DNA of 64,000 nucleotides from an uncultured Chloroflexia bacterium (GTDB lineage Bacteria; Chloroflexota; Dehalococcoidia; GIF9; UBA5629), in contig CAVZKR010000005.1 of NCBI GenBank assembly GCA_963775935.1, positions 209,211-273,210 on the forward strand, read 5' to 3'. A program made the position numbers and the translations under genes. Of the stretch, positions 46,423 to 54,924 are shown piece after piece (the stretch's first letter is position 1; each line of letters starts with the position of its first letter). Below the pieces are notes generated by a model, which was given only the letters and a program-made list of their open reading frames with translations, ran no database searches and was not told the DNA's origin.

Positions 46423-46659
46423 ATGAAAAACAGGCTAAAGGTATTTCGTGCCATGCACGACCTCACACAGGAGGCGCTGGCCGATCAATTACGCGTGACC
46501 AGGCAGACGGTCGTCTCCATCGAAAATGGTAAATACGATCCTTCCCTGCCGCTTGCTTTCCGTATCGCCAATCTTTTTAATGTAAAAATTGAGGATGTCT
46601 TTTTATGCGAAGGTGAACCGGGTGAATTTCATGGCTATCCACCCATGTCTAAAAAGTAA
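46423..46659 (+). CDS. XRE-family HTH transcriptional regulator (78 aa)
   Basis: MKNRLKVFRAMHDLTQEALADQLRVTRQTVVSIENGKYDPSLPLAFRIANLF is a classic Cro/C1 HTH. Confidence 0.85.
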   Translation: MKNRLKVFRAMHDLTQEALADQLRVTRQTVVSIENGKYDPSLPLAFRIANLFNVKIEDVFLCEGEPGEFHGYPPMSKK

Positions 46660-46903
46660 AGCCTATGTATACAGGGATACCATCTTCGCAGTTGTTACCC
46701 CATGAGGCCAAACCTATAGGCCCCTGGGTCGGGGGTCAGCCTTGGAGAGCCGTGGGAGACCTAGGATAAGCCGTATCGATAATAAGCTAAATTTCTTATA
46801 CTAAAGCATGTAATGAGGTTTTATGTATCGGATGCAATGGATGTACGAAGTAACAACAAATTGATATCATAACTATAGAGGCTATTGGAGGGAGGTGCCG
46901 ATA

Positions 46904-48307
46904 ATGAGTAATCAACCCTCGGTATTCATTTCATCGAATGTCAAGGAATTTCGTGACTTACGTTCAGCAATAGCTTTTACTTTGCGTGAACAAGGATTTA
47001 CTGTGTATCAATCCGAAGCATCTGATTTTGATGTAAAAGGTGATCGTTCTGCAATCGAAGAATGTTTTACTAACATTAACAATAGTGATTTCTACATACT
47101 AATTGTGGGCAATAAAAAGGGTAATCTATTTGAAGATGGAATTTCTATAACGCGCCAAGAATATAGGATTGCGAGAAGTACTTTTATGTCACTTAAGCGA
47201 CCACGATTGTTCTTTTATTTACGCCGTGAAACTGAAATGGCGCTACAAAGTAATCAACATGATCTATCAACAACAGATATTGATGATTCAGACCATCTAA
47301 AATCATTTATTAATGAAATTCAAAATCCGAACATTGCTGGTGCCCCTAATTTTCTAACTCGTTTTTATGATTTCAATGACCTAATGCAATCTTTAGTTGT
47401 AAAGATGAACTTAGGCAGAAACCTTTCCGAAAAGCTAATTCGGTATTCTTTGTTATCAGAATTGCTATCAAATCTTGCACATATTTCAAATCGTAGTGGT
47501 ACTAGCATATGGCTGCCTCATCATTTTATAAGCAAAGTAAGAGAACGAGTGAAGATATCAATAGCTGATATTGATAAATACGTTAATGTCAAGAGTGATT
47601 TGGCTTTATCATTGGGTATGGCACTTGTTACAAGGACAAGGGGAAATGATTTAAGTACAAAAATTATCAAAACGGCTCTAGACGAAGGGTTATTTTTAAT
47701 TTTCGATCATACGACTGGTAGTCTAAAAGAATCTGAGTTGCATTCTGCTATCAGACAAATTATTGAAGATATCGAGTCATTCCGTACTCTCGATTATTCT
47801 GGATCGGGAAAAGATTGGAGTGCGGATATTGCTGTGGCTGTATCAGCAAAAAGGAAGGGAGATGCACTAGTAATTCCTTGCATGGACTTATCTTTGGCTT
47901 TTGCTTATTATGATCGATTGGAAAATATATTTAACGGACACTTGGCATTTTGTCGTGTATTACTTGGTTTGGATGAGCAAATAAAGCCGTATAAACGACA
48001 ACCACTTACAGTTTGGGGAGATACTGAAGACCACCAGATGAGGAAAGAGAAGGTCTCGGAGGCGGAAATATCACATCTTATTCAAAACAACATATGGCCA
48101 CTGGGAACAAAAGTCCCCAGAGACGTTTACGGAGCTAGCAGAGAAGAACAAATAAAGACTGTTAAAGATAAGATGCTATCGATTCTAGGGGAAGCCGGTA
48201 TTGATAGTATTCAATTCAAGGAAACAATGGAAAAAGCTGCCATAAATTATTTGGATAAAAATGCGGTCGCTCCAGAGGAAGGTATTCAGAATTTAGATAA
48301 TATCTGA
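46904..48307 (+). CDS. DUF4062-domain protein with uncharacterised ~350-aa C-terminal region
   Basis: N-terminus SVFISSNVKEFRDLRSAIAFTLREQG...SDFYILIVGNKKG...ISITRQEYRIA fits the DUF4062 pattern. GGAGGGAGG RBS 8 nt upstream of the ATG at 46904. Confidence 0.65.
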   Translation: MSNQPSVFISSNVKEFRDLRSAIAFTLREQGFTVYQSEASDFDVKGDRSAIEECFTNINNSDFYILIVGNKKGNLFEDGISITRQEYRIARSTFMSLKRPRLFFYLRRETEMALQSNQHDLSTTDIDDSDHLKSFINEIQNPNIAGAPNFLTRFYDFNDLMQSLVVKMNLGRNLSEKLIRYSLLSELLSNLAHISNRSGTSIWLPHHFISKVRERVKISIADIDKYVNVKSDLALSLGMALVTRTRGNDLSTKIIKTALDEGLFLIFDHTTGSLKESELHSAIRQIIEDIESFRTLDYSGSGKDWSADIAVAVSAKRKGDALVIPCMDLSLAFAYYDRLENIFNGHLAFCRVLLGLDEQIKPYKRQPLTVWGDTEDHQMRKEKVSEAEISHLIQNNIWPLGTKVPRDVYGASREEQIKTVKDKMLSILGEAGIDSIQFKETMEKAAINYLDKNAVAPEEGIQNLDNI

Positions 48308-48491
48308 ATACTATACAATGAATTATTGTTCCTCTTTCTCAAAATAGTGACTGTATAGGATCCAAGTTCATTAGGTCACTCCAGAACTAAGCACTAAACT
48401 CCCGAGAGGTAAATGTACTGACCTCCAACAACGAAGGTCATCCTGGTTAGCCATTGGACTCTTAGAATGTCGCCTTTTTTCAGGTAATGTT

Positions 48492-48935
48492 TTAACTAAT
48501 CCAGTTTAAGGCTACTGCTGCAGTCAGAAGAGGATAAGCAATAATTAATAAGAATACCGATATACCAAAAAGAATCCATGCTAATTTGGTTTTCTTTTTC
48601 CCAAACTCCTTGTTATCTTTGGTGCTTAGCCTATTTGACCAGACTGTACAGATGCCTGCAACAATGAAGAGTGTGAATGCCGAAATTAACCAATTTCCTA
48701 CGTAATTCAAACATAGAATTGAACATATCCCAGCCAATACAAGCAAACCACCTACAATGAATATAACATATGATAGTATTTTAAGTGTTTTTCTTAATTT
48801 TTCTTGATTTTCTATTTCCATAAGTTTTTCTTGTCTTGATGTAACTATTCCCTGAATTAATAGATTAACAGAAAAAACTGCAAGTCCTATGCCAATGTTT
48901 TTAAAGTGTTCAGCTATAATTCCTATGAGTTCCAT
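48492..48935 (-). CDS. Hypothetical 4-TM membrane protein
   Basis: AGGAGGG RBS, four hydrophobic helices. Convergent with the DUF4062 gene. Confidence 0.55.
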   Translation of the reverse strand: MELIGIIAEHFKNIGIGLAVFSVNLLIQGIVTSRQEKLMEIENQEKLRKTLKILSYVIFIVGGLLVLAGICSILCLNYVGNWLISAFTLFIVAGICTVWSNRLSTKDNKEFGKKKTKLAWILFGISVFLLIIAYPLLTAAVALNWIS

Positions 48936-49277
48936 TCCACTGTCCCTCCTTTTATGCCTATTCTATCATCTAGTTTAGACATATCAATATAGATATTCTA
49001 AAAATGTATACTTGATGCAATTTTTCAAAGCAGCAGAATAGGGGCATGTTTTAGAAGGCATTATCCCCAATATTACATTCTTTCTTTGGGATTGGATGGT
49101 CTGTGATCGGCTGTATCGGGATAAACTTTGATATTATCCAAATATATGAGACACCAAACTTACTATTTGGCTTAGATCCACTACCATTTTATTTGCGTTA
49201 GTATCTATAAGCGATATAGGGCAATTGTAGTAGGCTTGAGGTCGCTTCACAGCGGGCGCCGGAAGTCTTGAATTAGG

Positions 49278-49320
49278 TGGTGGGCTCGGTAGGTTTCGAA
49301 CCTTCAGCCAATCGTTAGAC
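49278..49320 (-). repeat. tRNA 3' fragment (T-arm, acceptor CGAGCCC, A, CCA), no 5' half
   Basis: The reverse complement reads ...GAAGGTTCGAAACCTACCGAGCCCACCA. The upstream part does not fold as anticodon or D arms. Confidence 0.5.
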
Positions 49321-49341
49321 CATAAAACCTTGAAAATGAAA

Positions 49342-49377
49342 AAGCCCTCGGCGTTGAAACCGGGGGCTTCCTTTTTC
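49342..49377. terminator. Bidirectional rho-independent terminator downstream of hicAB
   Basis: Stem AAGCCCTCGG/CCGGGGGCTT, 8-nt loop, T-tracts on both strands. Confidence 0.55.
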
Positions 49378-49378
49378 A

Positions 49379-49412
49379 AGATTTGGTAGCGGGGGCTGGA
49401 TTTGAACCAGCG
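49379..49412 (-). repeat. 34-nt direct repeat copy A: 3' end of an initiator-like tRNA-Met (T-arm + acceptor + CCA)
   Basis: Identical to 50037-50070. Confidence 0.85.
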
Positions 49413-49425
49413 CACGTGCGAGAAA

Positions 49426-49617
49426 TCACACTTCGATTTTTACCAATTCCTCTTTATCTTTGATCTCAAAAGGTGTATTGAGCATATCTTCAGCGCCAAT
49501 TTTTAATGATTCTATTAGCTTTTCCTTGCTCTTTTCCTGGGCGTTTACTCCTGGCAAATCAATAAGCCAGCCGATCCACCAGTCATCACTTTTTTTAATT
49601 ACTGCTCTATATTGCAT
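49426..49617 (-). CDS. hicB: HicB family antitoxin
   Basis: MQYRAVIKKSDDWWIGWLIDLPGVNAQEKSKEKLIESLK fits the HicB N-terminal fold pattern. Overlaps the hicA stop by 11 nt. Confidence 0.75.
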   Translation of the reverse strand: MQYRAVIKKSDDWWIGWLIDLPGVNAQEKSKEKLIESLKIGAEDMLNTPFEIKDKEELVKIEV

Positions 49618-49810
49618 TGCGAACCCCCTTATCCATAAACGGAATATCCAAGTCCCGGCATATTTTTCTGGCAAGCTCATCGACAATTTCACTATGCCGC
49701 GGGACTTCAGTTCTACATTTCCCTTTCTTGTAGATACTATGTCTTCTGCCCTCTCTCAATAGAAAAGCGCCATTATCGATAAGATAGCGGACAAGTTCCT
49801 TTCTTTTCAC
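49607..49810 (-). CDS. hicA: HicA family mRNA interferase toxin
   Basis: MKRKELVRYLIDNGAFLLREGRRHSIY...VPRHSEIVDELARKICRDLDIP is a typical HicA sequence. Confidence 0.8.
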   Translation of the reverse strand: MKRKELVRYLIDNGAFLLREGRRHSIYKKGKCRTEVPRHSEIVDELARKICRDLDIPFMDKGVRNAI

Positions 49811-49997
49811 GAAAGATGCTTACAACTATTTTTCTATATTATACATCGAGATGTAGGCAATTTCACAGGTAATGATTTCATGAAGTTAGCATCAATTCGG
49901 GCATAGTGCTTTTTATTATAGAAACGAAGGCAGGGCATTTCTGGTCTGCCTTTAATATACTAATAAGATAAGGTAGTCGGAGTCCTCCTTGAACTCC

Positions 49998-50032
49998 GAG
50001 ATTGCCACGTCGCTTCGCTCCTCGCAATGACA
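49998..50032. repeat. REP-like element (translates IATSLRSSQ*), copy 2
   Basis: GAGATTGCCACGTCGCTTCGCTCCTCGCAATGACA. About 27/35 identity to the reverse complement of 25540-25574. Confidence 0.55.
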
Positions 50033-50041
50033 ATTGAGATT

Positions 50042-50091
50042 TGGTAGCGGGGGCTGGATTTGAACCAGCGACCTTCGGGTTATGAGCTCGA
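50042..50091 (-). repeat. Initiator-like tRNA-Met (CAU) 3' half, copy B (anticodon arm to CCA), 5' half not recognisable
   Basis: Reverse complement: TCGAGCTCATAACCCGAAGGTCGCTGGTTCAAATCCAGCCCCCGCTACCA. This is close to the recalled E. coli tRNA-fMet 3' half. No complementary 5' acceptor or D-arm lies upstream. Confidence 0.65.
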
Positions 50092-50371
50092 TTGGATCAG
50101 GCGCTACCATCCTCTACTCAGCATCACATGTTCTCCACTGCTCGCCGCAGAGCGAGCAAATTGCTATGTGGCACACCGGATAAGGTCATGGAAATAGCAG
50201 TGGTGGCAGCGCTCCCTGATTAACTGATGCCTATGCTAAACGAGCAATACTAATCCAACCGCCCTGACAGCGTGAAGCATGGCATGGTCAGCCTGGATGT
50301 TGATCATTTGCAACGATTTCTGTGATGTTGTAACGTTAAGATTATCCACACTATACGGATAGTAAGCTTGC

Positions 50372-51157
50372 ATGTTTGAAATAAGCATTGATGCCATTAT
50401 TTTTTATATAGGCTCCTTCGGCGTGCGGTGGTATCACCTGACGGAGGTACTGACTATTGCATTGTTTCTGGGGTTTGCCGGTTATGAAGCCAGACAACTC
50501 GGCATACCTTTAAAACATATGTACAGGCTGCTGGCGATTGCCATTGCTGCGGGTCTTATTCTGGCCAAGATAACCGACATCATTGGCCGTCCCGAGTATT
50601 ACAGTACCCAGCCGGAAAAAATGTTCAGTCTGGCGGGCATGCGTGTCGCCGGAATTTTCGCTGGCTTTTTCCTGGTGAAGCTGCTGTACTGCTGGAAATT
50701 CAAACTTTCCTTCTGGCGTATCAGTGATGCCATCGTACCCGGAGCAGCACTGGGGTATGCCATATTCAGGATTGGCTGTTTTCTTAACGGCTGCTGCTAT
50801 GGGCTGGAATGCCCGGTGACGTGGCTGGCAGTGACGTATACCGGAGAGAACACCATAGCTCCGCCCAATGTACCACTCTATCCCGTCCAGCTCTACCAGG
50901 TACTGTGGGGCATAGTTACCTTTGCTGTACTATGGGTATTGAGAAGAAAATTGCAGCCGACAGGCTCGCTCTACCTGCTTTTTATTATGTTCTATGCTGC
51001 AGGCGATTTTATTATTCGCCTTTTTCGTGAGCCGGATGCCGTCCTCATCGGTATTCAAATTCAGCAGATAGTGAATGTCATCATGGTACTGGTGGCCATA
51101 CCGCTATTGTTCATCAGGAGAAAACGATGGCGCCAAAATGGAATACTGAAAAATTAA
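50372..51157 (+). CDS. lgt: Prolipoprotein diacylglyceryl transferase
   Basis: Polytopic membrane protein with GAALGYAIFRIGCFLNGCCYG and PLYPVQLYQ motifs typical of Lgt. Confidence 0.8.
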   Translation: MFEISIDAIIFYIGSFGVRWYHLTEVLTIALFLGFAGYEARQLGIPLKHMYRLLAIAIAAGLILAKITDIIGRPEYYSTQPEKMFSLAGMRVAGIFAGFFLVKLLYCWKFKLSFWRISDAIVPGAALGYAIFRIGCFLNGCCYGLECPVTWLAVTYTGENTIAPPNVPLYPVQLYQVLWGIVTFAVLWVLRRKLQPTGSLYLLFIMFYAAGDFIIRLFREPDAVLIGIQIQQIVNVIMVLVAIPLLFIRRKRWRQNGILKN

Positions 51158-51242
51158 CTACTCGTGATGAAATATGATACCTATCCTTTACCGGTAAACA
51201 TATTTACTAGCTGAAGAATTGTAAAAGGAATGTGGTATTGCT

Positions 51243-51944
51243 CTATTTCTTACAATATCCATGCAGGTTTGATCGGTAGAATTGGTCTTTTAGGTTAAAA
51301 CTTGCAGTTGTTGTTGATGCTTTATTCAACAGATTACAGGCTTCTGATTTTTTACCAGCATCATACTTAAAACAAGCAGCCCTAAAATAGTCCTCAGCTT
51401 TTGTATCAGTATTGGTTTCATATCTGGCTGCCCATATCATGGCATCCGCAGCCTGATTACTATATTTAGCTTCCTCCTTATAGGAAAGATTATTATCATC
51501 ATCATCGGCTAAATTCCAATAGCATACGACCATTTGTTTTAATATCTTATCTCTGATAGGTTGCTGTGCTTTATCGTCAGCAGATATCCATTTGAGTGCC
51601 TCGTTATAGTTTTCTGCAGCTCCTCTGTAATCCTCTTTTTTCTTTGCCGCATCTGCTTTTTGCTCGTAATCAGCACGTCGCAGGCCTCTTACTACTGTAA
51701 GAGCATCTGCCAAATCATCATTTCCCACTGTCCTGGCTCCTAAAATAGCCAGATCAACTTCTATCGGATTATCCAGATCCACTTCCATTTCGCTCTCAAT
51801 ATCATTTTCTACTGACCTGGTCGTGCCAGCTCTTGGGGCTCCTTCCCCACAGCATGAGGAAAAGTTCAGTATAAGCAAGATACTAGAAAGTATAGCCAGT
51901 ACACTAAGGGTTCGGTTCATTAGCGATGTCCTCTTCATTTTCAA
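51243..51944 (-). CDS. Hypothetical lipoprotein (helical-repeat-like)
   Basis: Signal peptide with FSSC lipobox. Starts 2 nt after the upstream gene's stop. Confidence 0.6.
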   Translation of the reverse strand: MKMKRTSLMNRTLSVLAILSSILLILNFSSCCGEGAPRAGTTRSVENDIESEMEVDLDNPIEVDLAILGARTVGNDDLADALTVVRGLRRADYEQKADAAKKKEDYRGAAENYNEALKWISADDKAQQPIRDKILKQMVVCYWNLADDDDNNLSYKEEAKYSNQAADAMIWAARYETNTDTKAEDYFRAACFKYDAGKKSEACNLLNKASTTTASFNLKDQFYRSNLHGYCKK

Positions 51945-51945
51945 A

Positions 51946-53079
51946 TTATTTTTTCATGGCATCAAAGGCAGCAAAGCGATCTTCTACTTGTGCCACACTT
52001 CTTTTGATGAATTCCTTTTGCGCGATTTTCCCAGTGCGGAAGGCATCAATGTCCGATGATTGCGCACCTGCCTTAATGATAATACGTCCTTTGCTGTCTT
52101 TTAGTACGACGGTAACATAAGTAATTCCTGATAGGTCGAGCGTTTTTATACCTGCTATCTTAACCAGTGACTGTACTGCGCTGGTGATAAAGGAGCCCGG
52201 CTTTGAGCCTACCTCCAGTTTCGCAAAATCGAGAGCGATGAGGAGTACCTGTTTTTCTTGAGTTGTCGGCTCGAAATAAATTCCCGTAACAGGTAATCCA
52301 GATGAAACTAGAAGAGCCTTTGTTTTGTCTGTCCGCTGATTTACTGCTTGCTGCGTGGTGTTAATCTGAGCTTCCAGATCACCGATAATTTCAGAGGTAA
52401 GGTCAGGTTTGCCTTCCCTCGGTATCTCTCTCCCGCTTCCCAGGGTAACTCCCAGGACTATCCCGACAACTATAATCAGGGCCACCCCGGCTGCCCCAGC
52501 TATTACCATTCGTTTTCGGTTTAGCAGTTTACTGGTTATATACAGGGAGCCAGCTTTTAGGACGTTGACTATTTTAGATGGCGATGCCGCTCTCGAAGGC
52601 GCAGCTACCGGTAGTACGCTGGCTATTTTAGATGGTACTGCTGCTCTGGAAGGGACAGCGACCGGCTTCTTAACTTCTGTGTCGATATCAGCCGAGGATT
52701 GAGCATTGATGAGCTTTTTAAGCTCCTGAGCTTCTACCTCAAGTGTATTGACCTGAGCCCGCATTTTTCGGTCGGCTGCCAGGTACTCTTCCACAGGCAG
52801 TTCCTCTATCTTGTATCTAACTTCCAGCCTGCGCAGCTCGTACGCAGAGGCCTCTATATCCCGTTGATTTTTTTCTAACTGTTTCTTGAGCTCGCCCTTT
52901 ATCCCGGCTATTTCTGATAGAGCTGCGCCGAGCCTTCCATCATAGTCTGCTTTGACGGCAGTATGTTGCTCGCCGGTTATGGAACCGTCAGCTTTGAGCT
53001 TGTCCAGGTTGGCCAGGAACCCTCTCAATTTATCGGCTGTGGTGAGAGCTTCAATAAGGTTGGCCCTGTCATCAGTCAT
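51946..53079 (-). CDS. Bitopic membrane protein: conserved N-terminal coiled-coil module, repeat linker, TM, unknown C-terminal domain
   Basis: The N-terminal ~130 aa are paralogous to 54925-55920 (LANLDKLKADGSIT...ELRRLEVRYKIEEL...LINAQSSADI). Contains a tandem 18-aa repeat and one TM helix. Confidence 0.65.
   Translation of the reverse strand: MTDDRANLIEALTTADKLRGFLANLDKLKADGSITGEQHTAVKADYDGRLGAALSEIAGIKGELKKQLEKNQRDIEASAYELRRLEVRYKIEELPVEEYLAADRKMRAQVNTLEVEAQELKKLINAQSSADIDTEVKKPVAVPSRAAVPSKIASVLPVAAPSRAASPSKIVNVLKAGSLYITSKLLNRKRMVIAGAAGVALIIVVGIVLGVTLGSGREIPREGKPDLTSEIIGDLEAQINTTQQAVNQRTDKTKALLVSSGLPVTGIYFEPTTQEKQVLLIALDFAKLEVGSKPGSFITSAVQSLVKIAGIKTLDLSGITYVTVVLKDSKGRIIIKAGAQSSDIDAFRTGKIAQKEFIKRSVAQVEDRFAAFDAMKK
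52569..52676. repeat. Tandem 54-bp repeat x2 inside the CDS (18-aa units VA.PSRAA.PSKI..VL)
   Basis: Units start at 52569 and 52623. Read directly from the sequence. Confidence 0.8.
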
Positions 53080-53204
53080 ACCGTACCACCTGTCTACATA
53101 CCTTCATTTGCAAGGGAAGAAAACCGCTGTTGGAAAACCGAACAAAGATGTTCTCTCTATACGATACTTCCTGTGAGCTGATTAGTCAATAGGCGTGGCC
53201 ACGA

Positions 53205-53244
53205 GGCTGGATTTGAACCAGCGACCTTCGGGTTATGATCTCGA
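53205..53244 (-). repeat. tRNA-Met-like fragment, copy C (T-arm + anticodon arm, different acceptor)
   Basis: 39/40 identity with 50052-50091. The acceptor side diverges (CTCGTGG) and there is no foldable 5' half. Confidence 0.6.
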
Positions 53245-53286
53245 AATCTGCCGGCGTATAGCTCTCACAAAAATGCAGCAAAACTA

Positions 53287-54780
53287 TTAGCCTGGCGTGC
53301 TGGTAAACTTTCTGCGGTCTTTCTGGCAGACTGCTTTGATGACTTTCCTTCCTGACAATGCATTAGCAAAGAGTGCTCCTGAAGAAGTCATCCACTGCCC
53401 TGCAAAGTAGAAGTTGGAGAGCCCCGGAACAGTCATCTCCTGTTCTCTGCCAAACAGGCTGGAAAGAAGGCTTGTTGTTTTATTGGGAGAGTTGGCAAAC
53501 CCATGTGTTCCACCCATGAATCGCTCCCAGGTCATAAGTGTGGGCACATCGATTACCTCGATTTGACTCTTTATTCCTTTGAAGTAGCTATCGAGCACAT
53601 CAATAACCTGCTCGGCAACCTTTTCTTTCTCTTCCTTATATCTCTGACGCTCTTTGTACAGCTTCTTCCAGTAGGAGTGACTGGAGACAAGCTCGACCTT
53701 TATGACTCCTTTGCCTGAGGGCGCCATGGTCTTATCGAATCCGTAGATTTGCATCTCCAGGCTCTCGTTCTCATGGTGGGCGATGGTAATCGGCTTATCC
53801 AGGAGCATTACCAGAGCGGATGACTCTTGAGAAAGGTCTCTGTTGACTCCAAGGAATACATGCACTGCCCAGTTGGTCACATCTGTCGGCTCCTCGCAGT
53901 ACATTCTGAGACGGTTGTTCATGTAGTTGCCTTCAAGCATATTCGTGAGCGTCTTTCGCCCATCGGTATTCGAGATAACAATATCCGCCCGGTGTTCGCT
54001 GCCATCGGCAAGTCGTACTCCTACTGCCCGCCTGTTTTCGACCAGTATCCGGTCGACCTTCTGGTGGTAGCGCACCTCTCCTCCGAGTTCCCGGTACCGT
54101 TTCTCGATGGATTTGGCGAACCCGATTGAGCCACCCGCAGGCCACTGAATATCACCCCGGTAGCCGTGAGCGTGTCTGGCCACATGCACAAAGAACGGTA
54201 CAATGGGAATTGAATACACCAGGAGAGCGAAAGCCTGTTTCAGAAAAGGGTCAGAAAACCGCCCGGCAAATTGCTGCATACTGGAAGCAAACCATTTTAA
54301 CGAAGTAATGAGTGTGGGGGCGACCTCGATTTTCTCCCGGGCAGTTCCCAGCATCACTTTACCCCAGAGGTCGTGTTTGGTTAAATGTCGAATGGCATTA
54401 ATGTATTCCCTGATAACTTTAGAATCGGCAGGTGATAGCTCATTGAGATGCTGTTCCAATCTTTCCAGGTCGTAGTAGTCGTGAAAAAGCTTACCCTCAG
54501 GAGAAAGAACGCTGACACATTCATTGGTACGTACCAGTTCCCGCGGCATTGCTCCAAGCTCATGCCAGAGCGAATAAATTTTTGTGCTCGGGTCGCAGCC
54601 GAAAAGGTGGTGTATACAGGCATCAAAGGTATATCCCTGGCGTTTCCACGACGTGCATTGACCACCGGGCAAGGTATGCATTTCGAAGATCTGGGTCTGG
54701 TATCCATTCACCTGTCCATAGATGCCGGATGTCAGCCCGCCCATGCCTGCGCCAATGATAATAATCGACTTTTTCTTCAT
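53287..54780 (-). CDS. FAD-dependent oxidoreductase, phytoene desaturase (CrtI)-like family
   Basis: MKKKSIIIIGAGMGGLTSG dinucleotide fold. ~497 aa with a C-terminal ...NFYFAGQWMTSSGALFANALSGRK typical of CrtI-like amine-oxidase-fold enzymes. Confidence 0.75.
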   Translation of the reverse strand: MKKKSIIIIGAGMGGLTSGIYGQVNGYQTQIFEMHTLPGGQCTSWKRQGYTFDACIHHLFGCDPSTKIYSLWHELGAMPRELVRTNECVSVLSPEGKLFHDYYDLERLEQHLNELSPADSKVIREYINAIRHLTKHDLWGKVMLGTAREKIEVAPTLITSLKWFASSMQQFAGRFSDPFLKQAFALLVYSIPIVPFFVHVARHAHGYRGDIQWPAGGSIGFAKSIEKRYRELGGEVRYHQKVDRILVENRRAVGVRLADGSEHRADIVISNTDGRKTLTNMLEGNYMNNRLRMYCEEPTDVTNWAVHVFLGVNRDLSQESSALVMLLDKPITIAHHENESLEMQIYGFDKTMAPSGKGVIKVELVSSHSYWKKLYKERQRYKEEKEKVAEQVIDVLDSYFKGIKSQIEVIDVPTLMTWERFMGGTHGFANSPNKTTSLLSSLFGREQEMTVPGLSNFYFAGQWMTSSGALFANALSGRKVIKAVCQKDRRKFTSTPG

Positions 54781-54924
54781 ACTACTGAGGTTGATGCAAT
54801 ACCCTGTACTCGACCCGTATCTCCGCAATTGTACCACTTTTGCTATGTAGGAGTTGTTGGAATGGTGCGCTGCAGCGGGATATATCTGCGGTTGGGTAAT
54901 CCATCAAAAATGATATGTCGTGGA

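Larger units (their letters stand above)
41104..49412. mobile_element. AT-rich accessory island (boundaries approximate)
   Basis: Composition drops abruptly by eye after patB. Content is toxin-antitoxin, nuclease, transposase, HTH and defence-like genes. The right end is marked by a stack of tRNA 3' fragments. No integrase was seen. Confidence 0.45.

Noticed and set aside
44588-48360. Recurrent TGTATACA / CTATACAG-like motifs (44588, 44671, 46013, 46666, 48310, 48346) as operators for the local XRE/HTH regulators.
   Set aside because: These are short AT-rich words in AT-rich DNA. I cannot show enrichment over chance without a count, and their spacing and orientation are inconsistent.
49134-49415. 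93-aa minus-strand ORF.
   Set aside because: It runs through two tRNA-derived fragments and a rho-independent terminator hairpin. It has no RBS and a low-complexity sequence.
50042-50130. Copy B as an intact initiator tRNA gene.
   Set aside because: The 26-27 nt upstream of the anticodon stem cannot form a D-arm or a 5' acceptor strand complementary to CCCCGCT. There is also an A-C mismatch at 30:40. I treat it as a 3' fragment pending a covariance-model scan.
50092-50371. Possible tmRNA or other structured RNA adjoining the tRNA-like 3' end.
   Set aside because: There is no GGGG...-type 5' acceptor partner, no G3-U70 pair, and no tag reading frame or pseudoknot pattern that I could trace. 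The only feature is a short GCTCGC/GCGAGC hairpin.
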